Shown piece after piece: positions 24,498 to 35,730 of a DNA stretch of 51,040 nt. The stretch spans positions 1 to 51,040 of the forward strand of contig CAYHAL010000006.1 of assembly GCA_964354655.1 (NCBI GenBank), read 5' to 3'. The position numbers were made by a program, and so were the translations under genes. Numbering within the stretch: the stretch's first letter is position 1; every line of letters starts with the position of its first letter. This DNA comes from an uncultured Dehalococcoidales bacterium. Its GTDB lineage: Bacteria; Chloroflexota; Dehalococcoidia; Dehalococcoidales; E44-bin46. The notes beneath the pieces were generated by a model. It saw only the letters and a program-made list of their open reading frames with translations, did no database searches and was not told where the DNA came from.

Positions 24498-27353
24498 ATG
24501 CCGCTGGATTTCATAATTGTCAAGGGGGCAAGGGAGCATAACCTCAAGAATATAGATGTAGTTATCCCCAGGGATAAGCTGGTAGTCATTACCGGGGTCT
24601 CTGGCTCAGGTAAGAGTTCGCTGGCATTTGATACCATCTATGCCGAGGGTCAGCGCCGCTATGTAGAATCGCTATCGGCTTATGCCCGTCAGTTCCTGGG
24701 CAGGATGGAAAAGCCCGAGGTCGATTATATTGAAGGGCTGAGTCCAGCCATTTCTATCGACCAGAAGGGTCCGAGTCGGAACCCTCGGTCAACCACCGGG
24801 ACGGTAACCGAGATTTACGACTACTTGCGGCTACTTTTTGCCCGGGTTGGTCACCCCCACTGCCCCAAGTGTGGACGAGAGATTGCTATGCAGACGGTGC
24901 AGCAGATTGTTGATGCCATTCAAGCCCTCCCTGAAAATAGTCGCATCATGGTTCTGGCACCATTGATAAGAGACCGTAAGGGTGAGTATCAGTCTGTGTT
25001 TGATGACTTGCGCAAGGGGGGCTATGTCAGGGTTCGGGTCGATGGGGCTATCCGTGACCTATCCGAGGAGTTTCAACTTGATAAGAATAAGAAGCACTCA
25101 ATTGAGGCGGTGGTAGACCGATTGGTAATCGGGCAGGACGGAAGCCAAAGTCGGCTTGCCGATTCAGTTGAAACTGCCCTCAAGCTCGGGGCAGGGGTAG
25201 TTCTGGTGAGTATTGTTGATGGTGAGGAATTGCTGTTCTCGGAGCACTTTGCTTGTGTGCATTGTGGCATTAGCCTGGGTGAGATTGCTCCCAGGACATT
25301 TAGCTTTAATTCCCCTCACGGTGCCTGTCCAGCTTGCACCGGCTTGGGGGTTAAATTTGAGATAGACCCAGACCTGGTAATTCCCAACAAGGAACAGTCT
25401 ATCGCTCAAGGGGCAATCCGTCCCTGGCAATGGCAATCTTGGTACTATGACCAGCTTGAATCTTTAGCTAGGCGCTACGGCTTTTCTCTTCATGCCCCGG
25501 TTAAGGAGCTCGGTGAGCATCAGCTGAAGCTGATACTTTATGGTGAAGAAGGAGAGCTGGTAAGGTACCGGAATCGCTATGGTCGGGTAAGGGAGTACTT
25601 TACTGGCTACGAGGGGGTAATCCCACGTATGGAGCGGCTCTACCGAGATACAGAGTCTGAGCACTCCCGGGCTGATATAGAGCGCTATATGGTATCCAAA
25701 CCGTGTCCAGTTTGTCAGGGTAAGCGGCTTAGACCGGAGTCTTTAGCTGTAACCATTGATGGTAAAAATATCGTTGAGGTCAGCTCAATGTCGGTTACCC
25801 AGGCGTTGGACTGGGTGGCTACTCTCGGTGATGGTAGTAAGGCAATACTTACCGAGCGTGAGCAAATAATCGCCCGTCAGATTATCAAGGAGATTCAAGC
25901 CCGCCTGGACTTCCTTAAAGATGTAGGTCTGGATTACCTTACCCTTGACCGCCCCTCAGCTACCCTAAGTGGCGGTGAGGCGCAGCGAATTCGTCTCGCC
26001 ACTCAGATAGGTAGTGGGCTAATGGGCGTGCTTTATATTTGCGATGAACCGACGGTAGGTTTGCACCCCGCCGATGACTATCGTTTGATTGGGACCCTGA
26101 AACGGCTGAGGGACCTGGGTAATACCATATTGGTTGTTGAACATGATGAGGCTATGATGCGGGCGGCTGACCATATTATTGATATGGGACCTGGGGCTGG
26201 GGAGCATGGCGGCTGGATTGTAACTACCGGGACTTTAGCCGATATCATGAATTGTGCGGAGTCAATAACCGGTCAGTATCTTAGCGGGGTGAAGCAGATT
26301 CCGCTACCGCAGAAGCGCCGCCCGGGTTCAGGCGAGGAACTGGTAATAAAGGGAGCCAGGCAGAATAACCTGAAGAACGTAGATGTCCGCATTCCTCTGG
26401 GCAAGTTTGTTTGTATCACCGGGGTTTCGGGTAGCGGTAAGAGCACCCTTATTGATGAGATTATGTATAAGAGGCTGGCACAGATGTTGTATCGGTCAAG
26501 GGAGAGGGCGGGTAGCTGTGATGGTATCATTGGGGTGGAGCATATTGATAAAGTAGTCAATATTGACCAGTCACCTATCGGGCGCACTCCCCGTAGTAAC
26601 CCAGCTACCTACACCGGGACGTTTACCCCTATTCGTGAGCTTTTTGCTACTGTCCCTGAGGCTCGAATGAGGGGCTACGCCCCGGGTCGGTTCTCGTTTA
26701 ATGTCAAGGGTGGGCGGTGTGAAGCCTGTCGTGGTGAAGGATTTATTCAGATTGAGATGCAGTTTTTGCCCGATGTCACCGTTCCCTGTGAGGTGTGTAA
26801 GGGGAAGCGCTATAATCGTGAGGCGCTTGAGATTAGATTTAAGGGCAAGAATATCGCTGAGGTATTAGATATGACCGTAGAGCAAGCCCTGTCTTTCTTT
26901 GAGCATTTCCCCAAGGTAAGGAATAAACTGGAGACCTTGTGCGATGTAGGGCTGGGCTATATCCACTTGGGTCAGCCAGCCCCCACCCTTTCCGGTGGTG
27001 AAGCACAGAGGGTGAAGCTTGCCACCGAGCTGTCACGGCGGTCTACCGGCAGGACATTATACATTCTTGACGAACCGACTACCGGTCTTTCCTTTGAGGA
27101 TATAGCTGCTTTATTAAGGGTATTACAGCGTCTGGTTGATGTTGGTAATACGGTGGTGGTTATTGAGCACCATCTGGATGTGATTAAGAATGCCGACCAT
27201 ATAATTGACCTCGGACCCGGGGCTGGTGACCGGGGTGGTTATGTTGTCGCCACCGGAACACCTGAGGAAATAGCCCAGGCGAACTCCTCACTCACCGGGC
27301 AGTATCTAGGCAGAGTGCTGGCGAAGGATATTGGCTATGCTTTAATCGGCTGA
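24498..27353 (+). CDS. uvrA: Excinuclease ABC subunit A
   Basis: [10 protein letters not shown], two GVSGSGKS Walker A motifs, LSGGEAQR twice, zinc fingers; ATG 24498 after GGAGG preferred to GTG 24486. Confidence 0.98.
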   Translation: MPLDFIIVKGAREHNLKNIDVVIPRDKLVVITGVSGSGKSSLAFDTIYAEGQRRYVESLSAYARQFLGRMEKPEVDYIEGLSPAISIDQKGPSRNPRSTTGTVTEIYDYLRLLFARVGHPHCPKCGREIAMQTVQQIVDAIQALPENSRIMVLAPLIRDRKGEYQSVFDDLRKGGYVRVRVDGAIRDLSEEFQLDKNKKHSIEAVVDRLVIGQDGSQSRLADSVETALKLGAGVVLVSIVDGEELLFSEHFACVHCGISLGEIAPRTFSFNSPHGACPACTGLGVKFEIDPDLVIPNKEQSIAQGAIRPWQWQSWYYDQLESLARRYGFSLHAPVKELGEHQLKLILYGEEGELVRYRNRYGRVREYFTGYEGVIPRMERLYRDTESEHSRADIERYMVSKPCPVCQGKRLRPESLAVTIDGKNIVEVSSMSVTQALDWVATLGDGSKAILTEREQIIARQIIKEIQARLDFLKDVGLDYLTLDRPSATLSGGEAQRIRLATQIGSGLMGVLYICDEPTVGLHPADDYRLIGTLKRLRDLGNTILVVEHDEAMMRAADHIIDMGPGAGEHGGWIVTTGTLADIMNCAESITGQYLSGVKQIPLPQKRRPGSGEELVIKGARQNNLKNVDVRIPLGKFVCITGVSGSGKSTLIDEIMYKRLAQMLYRSRERAGSCDGIIGVEHIDKVVNIDQSPIGRTPRSNPATYTGTFTPIRELFATVPEARMRGYAPGRFSFNVKGGRCEACRGEGFIQIEMQFLPDVTVPCEVCKGKRYNREALEIRFKGKNIAEVLDMTVEQALSFFEHFPKVRNKLETLCDVGLGYIHLGQPAPTLSGGEAQRVKLATELSRRSTGRTLYILDEPTTGLSFEDIAALLRVLQRLVDVGNTVVVIEHHLDVIKNADHIIDLGPGAGDRGGYVVATGTPEEIAQANSSLTGQYLGRVLAKDIGYALIG

Positions 27354-27380
27354 CTTTTTGTCACCATTAAGGAGGTACAA

Positions 27381-27932
27381 TTGACTCGAGAAGAACTACT
27401 CGATTCTGTTAACGAGAATGTAGAGAATAAGAATCTGGTAAAGCATATGTTAGCCACCGAGGCTATAATGCGAGCTCTAGCCAGGCGCTTGGGTGAGGAT
27501 GAGGAGGAGTGGGGGCTTACCGGTCTGTTACATGATATAGACGTTGAACTCACCGAGCAGGATATGAGCACTCATAGTAAGTTGGGGGCTGATTTGGCTA
27601 GGGAGTTGGGGGCTAGTGAAAGTATGGCTCATGCCGTCCTATGCCATAATGAAGCCCATGGTGTCCCCCGGGAGACAAAATTGGACAAGGCTCTGTATTG
27701 TGCTGACCCGCTGACTGGCTTAATCACCGCTGCGGCTTTGGTTCGTCCCGATAAAAAACTGGCTGGCCTTGAAGCTAAATCGGTGCTCAAAAGGTTTAAA
27801 GAGAAGAGCTTTGCCGCCGGAGCTGGTAGAGAGCAGATTTCCCAGTGTAGCGAGCTTGGGCTTGGGCTTGACGAGTTTGTTGGACTGGGGCTAGAGGCAA
27901 TGAAGGGGATTACTGATGAGCTTGGTCTATAA
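27381..27932 (+). CDS. HD/HDIG domain phosphohydrolase
   Basis: NLVKHMLATEAIMR, GLLHDID, ADPLTGLI, RFKEKSFAAG. Confidence 0.9.
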   Translation: MTREELLDSVNENVENKNLVKHMLATEAIMRALARRLGEDEEEWGLTGLLHDIDVELTEQDMSTHSKLGADLARELGASESMAHAVLCHNEAHGVPRETKLDKALYCADPLTGLITAAALVRPDKKLAGLEAKSVLKRFKEKSFAAGAGREQISQCSELGLGLDEFVGLGLEAMKGITDELGL

Positions 27933-27933
27933 G

Positions 27934-30504
27934 TTAACTTACTTCAAGCGTTGAGCCTTGGGCGGTTTTGATAACATTAATGCGATTGGGAAAGGCGTCT
28001 CTAAGTTCCTCAATGTGAGTGATAACCAGTATCTTGTCAAAGTCATCCTGAATTGAGTTTATCGCCTCTTTGATTTTTTCCATGCCAACACTATCCTGTG
28101 TGCCGAAGCCTTCATCAATCACCAGAGTGGGCAGTGGTGCCCCAACTCGCTTGGCTAGTAGCTTGGATAAAGCAATACGAATGGCAAAGTTGATGCGGAA
28201 GGTTTCACCACCGCTAAACATCTCGTAATTTCGCGTCCCCAACTCATCTGAGATATTAATATCCAGGGTTTCAATAACATCCCCTTTCTTTGTTTCCCGT
28301 TGGGTTTCAATCTTGATATGCATCCTATTGTCCGTCATGCGTCCCAGTAACTTATTGGCTTCAGCTTCAATGTCAGGGAGTGCCCTTTCAATGAGCAGGG
28401 CTTGTATTCCCCTTTTGCCGAAGGCTTGAGCTAGGTCTCTATAGATTTTCTCCTCCTTTGATGCTTGAGCCAGTAGTTTTTCCTTTTCCTGCCTTTTTAT
28501 CTCCAGTTCGGAGCAGCGCAGTAGCTTTGCTTTCACGCTCCATATTGTCTCTTGGGCTTGCTTCTGTTGCCTCATTAGTGCTTGGTGTTCAGTCTCAGCC
28601 TGGGTTAAATCATTAACCAGTTGTGGCAGGCGATTAAGTTGTTCACTTAGCTGTTGCCGTTTTTGATTATCAACCTCTAGGCTGTGGCATAGCTCCTGGG
28701 TAGCTTCCTCAGCCCTTGAAGCCGCCTCCTTTTCCTGACTGATTAGCCGGTCAGCTTCTTCCAGCTTTCGCTTTAGACCTTCATACGGTTCTAGGTTAGT
28801 CAGGCGATGGCGGACCTGTTCATGCTGCTGCGGGTCGTAGCCAAGTTTAGCCAATTCGCCGTCAAGCTCTCGTAGGTTTTTTTGTTCTGTGGTGGCAAAG
28901 TCCTTCCTAGCTAGGTGTTCTTCAATCTCAGTTAGCCTCTTCCTTTCCCCATCTAGCTTATGGCTAGCCTCCTCAGCCTCGGCAATCCTCTGGCTCAGGA
29001 TGCTGGCTTTAGTCTGGAGCGAGGCTCTATCTTGATTTAGCCTTGTTTCTAGCTGGAGTATTTCCCTTTCCAGTGGCTCGAGTTCTGTTTTCCTTTGAAA
29101 TAGCTCGGCTTGATTTAATTTTAGGGAATCAAGTTTGCTCTGCCTCTCAGCGGCATACTTTTTCTCAATGAGCTTTAGCCTTTCTGCCTCCAGTTCTGTC
29201 TCACATAGTGGGCACTTAGTATCATTCTGGGTGGTTAGGAGGTCAAGCTTCTCCTCTATTTCTTTTATTTCCCGTTCTAGCTGGGCTTTTTTGGATTCCA
29301 GATAGTTGACCTTGGTTTGTAGTTCCTGGCTGTTTTGCCTTTTCCGGCGTAGCTCTCCTTCAGGCTCAGCTAGCTGGACTAGTTGAACCTGAATTTGCTG
29401 CAATTCATTTTTGAGTGAGGGCAATTTTTGTGAGCTGATTTCAAGTTCATTGATTCGGCTTTGAGCTACGGCATGGTCTTTAATTAGGGCTTGCCCCATT
29501 TGAGTGATAGTCATCTCTAGCTGGTGTTTGCGCTCGTTTAGAGTGGTAACCAGTCTAAGCTTCTGGTCAAGTTCATCCTTTAGTTTCTTGGCTTCGCTAA
29601 ATTGGGCGTAACCCTTCTCTATTGTGAGACGCTGGGCTATTAGCTCCTCGTATTCTTTGACCCGGGAAAGGTGCTGTTTAACCTGGTCATTCCAGCGCTC
29701 CAGCTCTCTCGTCATCTCAGCCAGGTGCTCCTCTAGCTGAATTAGTTGCAACTTCTTATTCTCCAGGGCTTCCTTTTCCTGTCGCAGGCTGTTAAGCCTG
29801 GATTCCTGCTCTTTTATTACTTTTTCAATGGGAGAGAGCCGGCTTTGGGCTTGTTCCAGCTCAACTTCATAGGCAGGCTTTTGGGTTAATTCATCACTGA
29901 TGTCCTTAATAGTGCTCTCAAGCTGTGACTTTTCTGTTTCCTGTTGTTTAGCCAGGTCTTTAGCTTGCCCTTCTAGTTCATCATAGAGAGAAAGCCCCAG
30001 GATATTTCCTAGGACTTCCTTGCGTTTGGCCGGATTGGCGACGGTGAACTCGTCAGCGCGACCTTGCAGGAGGAGGGCGCTGTTAACAAATGTAGGGTAA
30101 TCCATGTGTAAAACTTCGGTAATCTTCTGCTGGGTCTGGGTTATGCTATTGCCGGTAATTGACTTGAAGCCTTTCCCGGTAGCTACCTGAAATTCTAGGA
30201 TGGTTTGTCCCGAGCGCCCTCGCCGTTTGGGTTTAGAATGCTTGCGTATGATACGATATGGTTGTTGCCCTACGGCAAAGTTGAACTCTACCTCCATTTC
30301 CGTCTGACCTTGGTGAATGAGGTCATCGTCGCTTTTGGCTCTGGCTCTTCCCCACAACGCCCAGGTCATAGCATCAATTAGAGCCGACTTACCGTTGCCG
30401 TTATTGCCTGAGATACAGGCGGTGTGAATACCATCAAAGGAGAGGGGTGGCACATTATCCCGGTAGCACATAAAATTGCGCAGCGATAGCTTAATGGGAA
30501 TCAT
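27934..30504 (-). CDS. sbcC: SbcC/Rad50-type SMC ATPase
   Basis: GNNGNGKS, LLQGRADEF, coiled coil with CPLC zinc hook, FSGGE, IDEGFGTQD, VITH. Confidence 0.92.
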   Translation of the reverse strand: MIPIKLSLRNFMCYRDNVPPLSFDGIHTACISGNNGNGKSALIDAMTWALWGRARAKSDDDLIHQGQTEMEVEFNFAVGQQPYRIIRKHSKPKRRGRSGQTILEFQVATGKGFKSITGNSITQTQQKITEVLHMDYPTFVNSALLLQGRADEFTVANPAKRKEVLGNILGLSLYDELEGQAKDLAKQQETEKSQLESTIKDISDELTQKPAYEVELEQAQSRLSPIEKVIKEQESRLNSLRQEKEALENKKLQLIQLEEHLAEMTRELERWNDQVKQHLSRVKEYEELIAQRLTIEKGYAQFSEAKKLKDELDQKLRLVTTLNERKHQLEMTITQMGQALIKDHAVAQSRINELEISSQKLPSLKNELQQIQVQLVQLAEPEGELRRKRQNSQELQTKVNYLESKKAQLEREIKEIEEKLDLLTTQNDTKCPLCETELEAERLKLIEKKYAAERQSKLDSLKLNQAELFQRKTELEPLEREILQLETRLNQDRASLQTKASILSQRIAEAEEASHKLDGERKRLTEIEEHLARKDFATTEQKNLRELDGELAKLGYDPQQHEQVRHRLTNLEPYEGLKRKLEEADRLISQEKEAASRAEEATQELCHSLEVDNQKRQQLSEQLNRLPQLVNDLTQAETEHQALMRQQKQAQETIWSVKAKLLRCSELEIKRQEKEKLLAQASKEEKIYRDLAQAFGKRGIQALLIERALPDIEAEANKLLGRMTDNRMHIKIETQRETKKGDVIETLDINISDELGTRNYEMFSGGETFRINFAIRIALSKLLAKRVGAPLPTLVIDEGFGTQDSVGMEKIKEAINSIQDDFDKILVITHIEELRDAFPNRINVIKTAQGSTLEVS

Positions 30505-30566
30505 CTACGACTCCTCAGATAACCACCCTTTTAGTTATTTTAGCACAATTAAAGGATTACTTAACT

Positions 30567-30628
30567 ACCTCACCCCCTTGCTCCCCCCTCTCCTTCAAAG
30601 GAGATGGATATGAACATAAAAGGGGCTC
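30567..30628. repeat. REP-like repeat, degenerate half copy (copy 2)
   Basis: ACCTCACCCCCTTgctCCCCCCTCTCCTTcaAAGGAGA, then decayed. Confidence 0.8.
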
Positions 30629-30723
30629 TTGACAGAGAAGGCTCAGTCACCTAGGATGTTTATTATCGGGGCGTGCTAATATTGATGACACAACCCCAGC
30701 TCCCCTGGGAGGAAGACACCGCC

Positions 30724-32286
30724 ATGTACAAAAAGATTCCGGTTATTGTTTTCATCAGCACGATTCTGACGGTATTATCACTGCCAATTCTACTGTGTAC
30801 GCCAGCGTATGCTGAAGAGTCTGAATGCTGGGCTGTCATCGTAGGCGTATCAGATTACAAGAGCCCGAAAATAGAAGACGCACCTGGTTGTGCTAGGGAT
30901 GCAGAAGAACTCTTTCAACAATTGAGCCCCATCTGGAGTGAGGAGCACATTAAACTATTGCTAGATAGCGAGGCATCTAAATCGGAAATTCAGGCGGCTG
31001 TAGATTGGTTGATGTCCAACGAGGATGCCAATGACACCGTCCTCTTCTATTTCTCGGGGCATGGCAGCGAAGAAGGATATATTGTCCCCTATGATGCCTA
31101 CTATGAAAAGACCGGGATATCCTCCAGTGAGCTAGGTAGATGGTTGCGCCCCCTGGAGTCGGAGAGTGTGGTCATTATTCTGGATACCTGTCATGCTGGC
31201 CAATACGAAACGAATCTTAGTGATAGTGGACGAGTAGTCCTAATGTCCTCTCGCGCAGACGAACTATCCTGGAATACATCATTTCACGGTACGGCTTATG
31301 GTGTTTTCACCTATTATCTCCTCGAAGCCCTTAGTGAATTCAGTGTTGCTGATACTAACCGTGATTATGAACTCTCCGCCGAAGAAGTGTTTCAATATGC
31401 TGAGACCGAAACCGTATCGGCGACTACCGAGTGGCATACCGAGTCTCCCGAATATGATATACAGCATCCAGTACTGTCTGACGATTATTCTGGTGAACTT
31501 AGTTTGCTCGTCAAATTCATCTTCAACACTAAACCTAGCTTGCCGTCTGGTAACGAAATCCTAGTCCTGGACAATAAGATATATTATTCATCAGCGCCTC
31601 CGGCATTCATCTGGGCACCGGGCTCAGTCCATGACCTTACCATCCTTTCCTCACTGGATACCGGAAGGGGCACCAGATATGCCTTTACTTCCTGGGATGA
31701 TGGAGGTACATCAGTTTCAAGGGCAATTTCGCATGGGGGAGTTTATACGGCAAACTACAAGACACAGCATCAGTTAGTTATTGAATCGGCCTATGGCGAG
31801 CCTGAGGGACAAAGATGGTATAACGCAGGTTCAACCGCCACCATCTCAGTGACATCTATTGAAGAACCAACAACTAGGCATATTTTCACCGGGTGGAGTG
31901 GAGACTACTCTGGCGATATAGCCACAGCATCGGTAATCATGGATTCCCCAAAGGCAATCACGGCAAACTGGCGAACTGATTACCTACTGACTATTGAATC
32001 AACTTATGGTGAGCCTGTGGGAGAAGGGTGGTATGAGTCAGGTTCAACTGTTACCATTTCGGTAGCCCCTATTGAGGGAAGGATAATCAGGCAGGTCTTC
32101 ACCGGGTGGAGCGGGGACTTCTCCGGAGATGCAGCAACTGCATCGCTAACTATGGATTCGCCAAAGGCAATTACCGCAAACTGGCGAACTGACTACACAC
32201 GGCTCTATATGCTTATAGGGTTATTAGTTTTGATTGCAGCCATTAATGGGGGTTTACGCATACGCCGGAGAAGGAAGGTCACATAA
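30724..32286 (+). CDS. Secreted, membrane-anchored caspase-like (C14/metacaspase-type) peptidase with two beta-rich repeats
   Basis: Start probably ATG 30724 (GGAGG RBS); signal peptide ending AYA; WAVIVGVSDY, LFYFSGHG (His), IILDTCHAG (Cys), GVFTYYLLEAL; C-terminal TM then RIRRRRK. Confidence 0.9.
   Translation: MYKKIPVIVFISTILTVLSLPILLCTPAYAEESECWAVIVGVSDYKSPKIEDAPGCARDAEELFQQLSPIWSEEHIKLLLDSEASKSEIQAAVDWLMSNEDANDTVLFYFSGHGSEEGYIVPYDAYYEKTGISSSELGRWLRPLESESVVIILDTCHAGQYETNLSDSGRVVLMSSRADELSWNTSFHGTAYGVFTYYLLEALSEFSVADTNRDYELSAEEVFQYAETETVSATTEWHTESPEYDIQHPVLSDDYSGELSLLVKFIFNTKPSLPSGNEILVLDNKIYYSSAPPAFIWAPGSVHDLTILSSLDTGRGTRYAFTSWDDGGTSVSRAISHGGVYTANYKTQHQLVIESAYGEPEGQRWYNAGSTATISVTSIEEPTTRHIFTGWSGDYSGDIATASVIMDSPKAITANWRTDYLLTIESTYGEPVGEGWYESGSTVTISVAPIEGRIIRQVFTGWSGDFSGDAATASLTMDSPKAITANWRTDYTRLYMLIGLLVLIAAINGGLRIRRRRKVT
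31771..32196 (+). repeat. Two tandem 213-bp (71 aa) repeats in the caspase-like gene
   Basis: L.IES.YGEP.G..WY..GST.TISV..IE....R..FTGWSGD.SGD.ATAS..MDSPKAITANWRTDY at 31771-31983 and 31984-32196. Confidence 0.92.
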
Positions 32287-32407
32287 GACTCGCCAGTAAC
32301 TGTTGGCGTCTATAGCTTTTAAATAAAGTATCTTCTAGACCCTTAGATTATAGACAGTCCCTTGTTGTTAGTTGCGTACCTCTACCTGGCGCCCACTGTA
32401 GTTCTTA

Positions 32408-33838
32408 TCACTCCAGGTAGTCCTTCAGTCTTCGGCTTCGACTGGGATGGCGGAGCTTACGAAGTGCTTTAGCCTCAATTTGGCGGATTCGCTCTCTAGT
32501 CACATTAAATTCCCTGCCCACTTCCTCTAAGGTGCGGCTTCGCCCGTCTTCGAGCCCAAATCTAAGTCGAAGTACTCGCTGTTCGCGAGGAGTAAGGGTG
32601 GACAGCACAACATCAATTTGCTCCTTGAGCAGTTGCCGGGAGGCGGCATCGGGGGGTAGCAAAGCATTGCGGTCTTCAATGAAGTCACCTAAATGGCTGT
32701 CCTCCTCCTCACCTATAGGTGACTCCAGCGATATTGGGAGCTGGGCTACCTTGGCTATCTCTCTGACCTTTTCCGGAGGTATTTCCATCCCCTCGCCGAT
32801 TTCTTTAGGGGTAGGCTCTCGCCCATACTCCTGAGCCAGGCGGCGACTTACTCTCAGTAGTTTATTGATGGTCTCAATCATGTGCACCGGGACACGAATA
32901 GTGCGGGCTTGGTCAGCTATGGCTCGAGTAATGGCTTGACGAATCCACCAGGTGGCATAGGTGCTGAATTTATAACCTCGGCGGTAATCGAATTTCTCTA
33001 CAGCTTTGATTAGTCCGATATTCCCCTCCTGAATGAGGTCAAGGAGTGACATGCCTCGTCCAATGTGTTTCTTAGCCACGCTGACTACCAAACGTAGGTT
33101 GGCTTTGGTAAGGTGGCTTTCTGCTTTTTTAGCCTTGTCCTCAATATCCTCTAGGTAAGCTATGATTTGCTCCTCGTGAGTCTGGATGGAATTGATGAAA
33201 TCAGGATTTGTTACCAGCTTTTCTAGGTCGGCTAGAGTAGCACCATCTCTTATAGCATTAAGGACTTCCTTTGGCAGTAGGCTGCTATTTAACGAGAGGA
33301 TGATAATAAGTTGCTCGGTTTCAGGTACGGGCTTGTCTATCTGTTGGGCAGCGGCTTGGATTAGCCATTGACTTAGCTCACCATCAATACTAGCCCGCAG
33401 TTTGGCATTGGAGATAGCCTCTACAAGGCTATCGGTAGGTGTTAAATCAAGTTCTTTTTGGAAAAGGCGGATGATAGCAGAAACTTGCCCTAGCTCTCTG
33501 AGCATAGCCAGCATTATTTCAGTGGCTGAAGGCTCCCTGCCATATTTCTGCAGGTGGTCCTGTTTAATTTCAGCGATGCGTTTGCCCGCCTCTATCCTTC
33601 TGGCTAAGAGCCGTTCATCCCCAGCGGTGAGAAGTGATACTCTACCAATTTCGTGAAGGTATATCCGAACCGGGTCATCTACCGTTTCTTGCTCCTCTAT
33701 TTGCTCTAACGGTATTTCTAACTCGTGGGCTTCAGCAGGATGAAACTCAGTCTCTAGCTCTTCATGGGTAGACGATTCCTCATCATTCTCGCCTCGGAGC
33801 GGGAACTCTGTGGGTTTGCCATTGCTTTCTGGGTTCAT
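32408..33838 (-). CDS. rpoD: RNA polymerase primary sigma factor
   Basis: [69 protein letters not shown]. Confidence 0.98.
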   Translation of the reverse strand: MNPESNGKPTEFPLRGENDEESSTHEELETEFHPAEAHELEIPLEQIEEQETVDDPVRIYLHEIGRVSLLTAGDERLLARRIEAGKRIAEIKQDHLQKYGREPSATEIMLAMLRELGQVSAIIRLFQKELDLTPTDSLVEAISNAKLRASIDGELSQWLIQAAAQQIDKPVPETEQLIIILSLNSSLLPKEVLNAIRDGATLADLEKLVTNPDFINSIQTHEEQIIAYLEDIEDKAKKAESHLTKANLRLVVSVAKKHIGRGMSLLDLIQEGNIGLIKAVEKFDYRRGYKFSTYATWWIRQAITRAIADQARTIRVPVHMIETINKLLRVSRRLAQEYGREPTPKEIGEGMEIPPEKVREIAKVAQLPISLESPIGEEEDSHLGDFIEDRNALLPPDAASRQLLKEQIDVVLSTLTPREQRVLRLRFGLEDGRSRTLEEVGREFNVTRERIRQIEAKALRKLRHPSRSRRLKDYLE

Positions 33839-35613
33839 TTTTCAGCTCCTTTGCTCCTGACTTTCCGGCTTTTTTGACTGAAAACCTCTCCTAGTTGAAG
33901 GCTAATTTCTATCCCTTGCTCCTCAAGCTTAGCCAGCTCAGCGGCAGTGCCACCTAGCTCGGCTTCTAGAGCTAATGCCGCCTCTCTTTTAGTCGCTAAA
34001 CCTCGGAGAAATCCTTCTCGTAGGAGGAGGGCAGCATCGGCATATTTCTCCTCTATCTGGTTAGGGGGTAAGCTCTTGGTTAATAGGTAATCCAGATGCT
34101 CCCAAATTGCCAGGTCAAGTTTATCCTTAAGTGATGATAGGTCGCTAGCTTGTTGCCAGGCAACAAAGATTTCACGGTTTTCGCTACCCTCGAAATATTC
34201 AGGCAAGGGGTGCTGGCTTAAAGCTTTAAGCTCAGGGTGTTGGAGCAGTAGTGCCAGGCAGTATTCTTCTCTCGGTTTGGATGAGAAGGGGTGCTGAGCT
34301 TTGGTAGGGGCTTCTCGTTTTAGCTCCTTGGCTCCGCCACGGGGCTTAATTCTACTTAGGTAAGCCTCCAGCCTGCGCTCGGTAACGTTGACTAGGCGAG
34401 CCAGTTTCTGTAAATAATGGGCCTGGCGTACTGTGTCCTTTATCTCAGCGATAATGGGTAGCAGCTTGTCTACAGCTAAAGACTTATCCTTGGCTGTAGT
34501 CAGGTCAAGTTTAGCGGTAACCATATTGAAGGTGTAGTCAACTATAGGTAAAGCCTCCTCCAGCAGTTTTTGCCACATTTTACTGTCTTCTTTGATAACA
34601 TCATCCGGGTCTCTACCGCCAGGTAGGATGATAACCTTCACCTCAGCATCAAGGGTATTTTCATAGCCTACAGCCCGGAGCATGGCTTCCTCTCCAGCAG
34701 CATCAGCATCAAGGGCTAGAGCCATGTTCTTGGTCAGCCTTTTTACCACACTAATTTGCTTCTCAGTAACTGCGGTTCCCATAGAAGCAACTACATTGTT
34801 GAAGCCATTCTGGTGGGCGGTGATAACATCCATATAGCCCTCTACAATCACTACCATATTTTGCTGTCTAATAGCTGCTTTAGCCCGGTTTATGCCGTAT
34901 AAGCTGCTGCTCTTATCAAAGGCTGGCGTTTGGGGTGAGTTAAGATACTTAGGTAGCGAATCATCAAGGGCTCTCGCCCCAAAACCGGTAATGCCTCCCC
35001 TGATATCAGATATCGGGAACATTAGTCGGTTACGAAATCGGTCGTGGGTGCCTCCGGCTTCAGTCTCTATTACTAGACCGGCTGTCAGTAGTTCACTCTC
35101 AGTATAGCCCATCTCCATTAGATGTTGCTTTAGGGCTTCCCAGCTATTGGGACTAAGGCCGAGTTGAAAGCTGGTGATGGTCTCCGGTGATAAGCCCCGG
35201 CTGGCAACATAGCTTCGTGCCTCCTCGCCAGCCGAAGAGTTAAGGAGTAAATTGTGGAAGTATTGGGCGGCAGCCTCATTGATTTGATACAGCCTTTCTT
35301 GCTCATCCCTCTTGGCGCCCGGCTCCAATCTTGAAGGTAAGGCAACCCCTGCCCTTTGGGCAAGAAGGCGCAGTGCCTCGCCAAAGCCAATGCCGTCTTT
35401 CTTCATTATGAAGGAAAAGGCGTCGCCTCCGGTATTGCAGGCACCGAAGCAGTGCCAGCTCTGACGCTCAGGGTAGACGAAGAATGAGGGGTGCTTTTCA
35501 CTGTGGAACGGACATAGCCCCCTGAAGGTTCGCCCTGATTTGGTCAGTTTAACATGCTGGCTAACAACCTCTGTGATATCTATTCTTTGCTTTACTTCGT
35601 CGATAACACTCAT
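33835..35613 (-). CDS. dnaG: DNA primase
   Basis: [11 protein letters not shown]...CFGAC zinc domain, [22 protein letters not shown] (TOPRIM). Confidence 0.98.
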   Translation of the reverse strand: MSVIDEVKQRIDITEVVSQHVKLTKSGRTFRGLCPFHSEKHPSFFVYPERQSWHCFGACNTGGDAFSFIMKKDGIGFGEALRLLAQRAGVALPSRLEPGAKRDEQERLYQINEAAAQYFHNLLLNSSAGEEARSYVASRGLSPETITSFQLGLSPNSWEALKQHLMEMGYTESELLTAGLVIETEAGGTHDRFRNRLMFPISDIRGGITGFGARALDDSLPKYLNSPQTPAFDKSSSLYGINRAKAAIRQQNMVVIVEGYMDVITAHQNGFNNVVASMGTAVTEKQISVVKRLTKNMALALDADAAGEEAMLRAVGYENTLDAEVKVIILPGGRDPDDVIKEDSKMWQKLLEEALPIVDYTFNMVTAKLDLTTAKDKSLAVDKLLPIIAEIKDTVRQAHYLQKLARLVNVTERRLEAYLSRIKPRGGAKELKREAPTKAQHPFSSKPREEYCLALLLQHPELKALSQHPLPEYFEGSENREIFVAWQQASDLSSLKDKLDLAIWEHLDYLLTKSLPPNQIEEKYADAALLLREGFLRGLATKREAALALEAELGGTAAELAKLEEQGIEISLQLGEVFSQKSRKVRSKGAEK

Positions 35614-35627
35614 GTTAATTATGTACT

Positions 35628-35712
35628 ACCTCTCCCCCTTAATCCCCCTCTCCTTCAAAGGAGAGGGGGAAGATAAGTTCTAAAGGGGCGAAGCCTCTTC
35701 AAACTACCCCCT
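35628..35712. repeat. REP-like repeat, half copy (copy 3)
   Basis: ACCTCTCCCCCTTAATCCCCCTCTCCTTcaAAGGAGAGGGGG...AAGGGGCGAAGCCTCTT. Confidence 0.9.
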
Positions 35713-35730
35713 TATTTATAACGTACTTTA

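Noticed and set aside
27934-30504. sbcC without adjacent sbcD as a novel SMC defence system
   Set aside because: Ordinary Rad50 motifs in a core context; sbcD may lie elsewhere, and no Wadjet/Lamassu partner genes are present.
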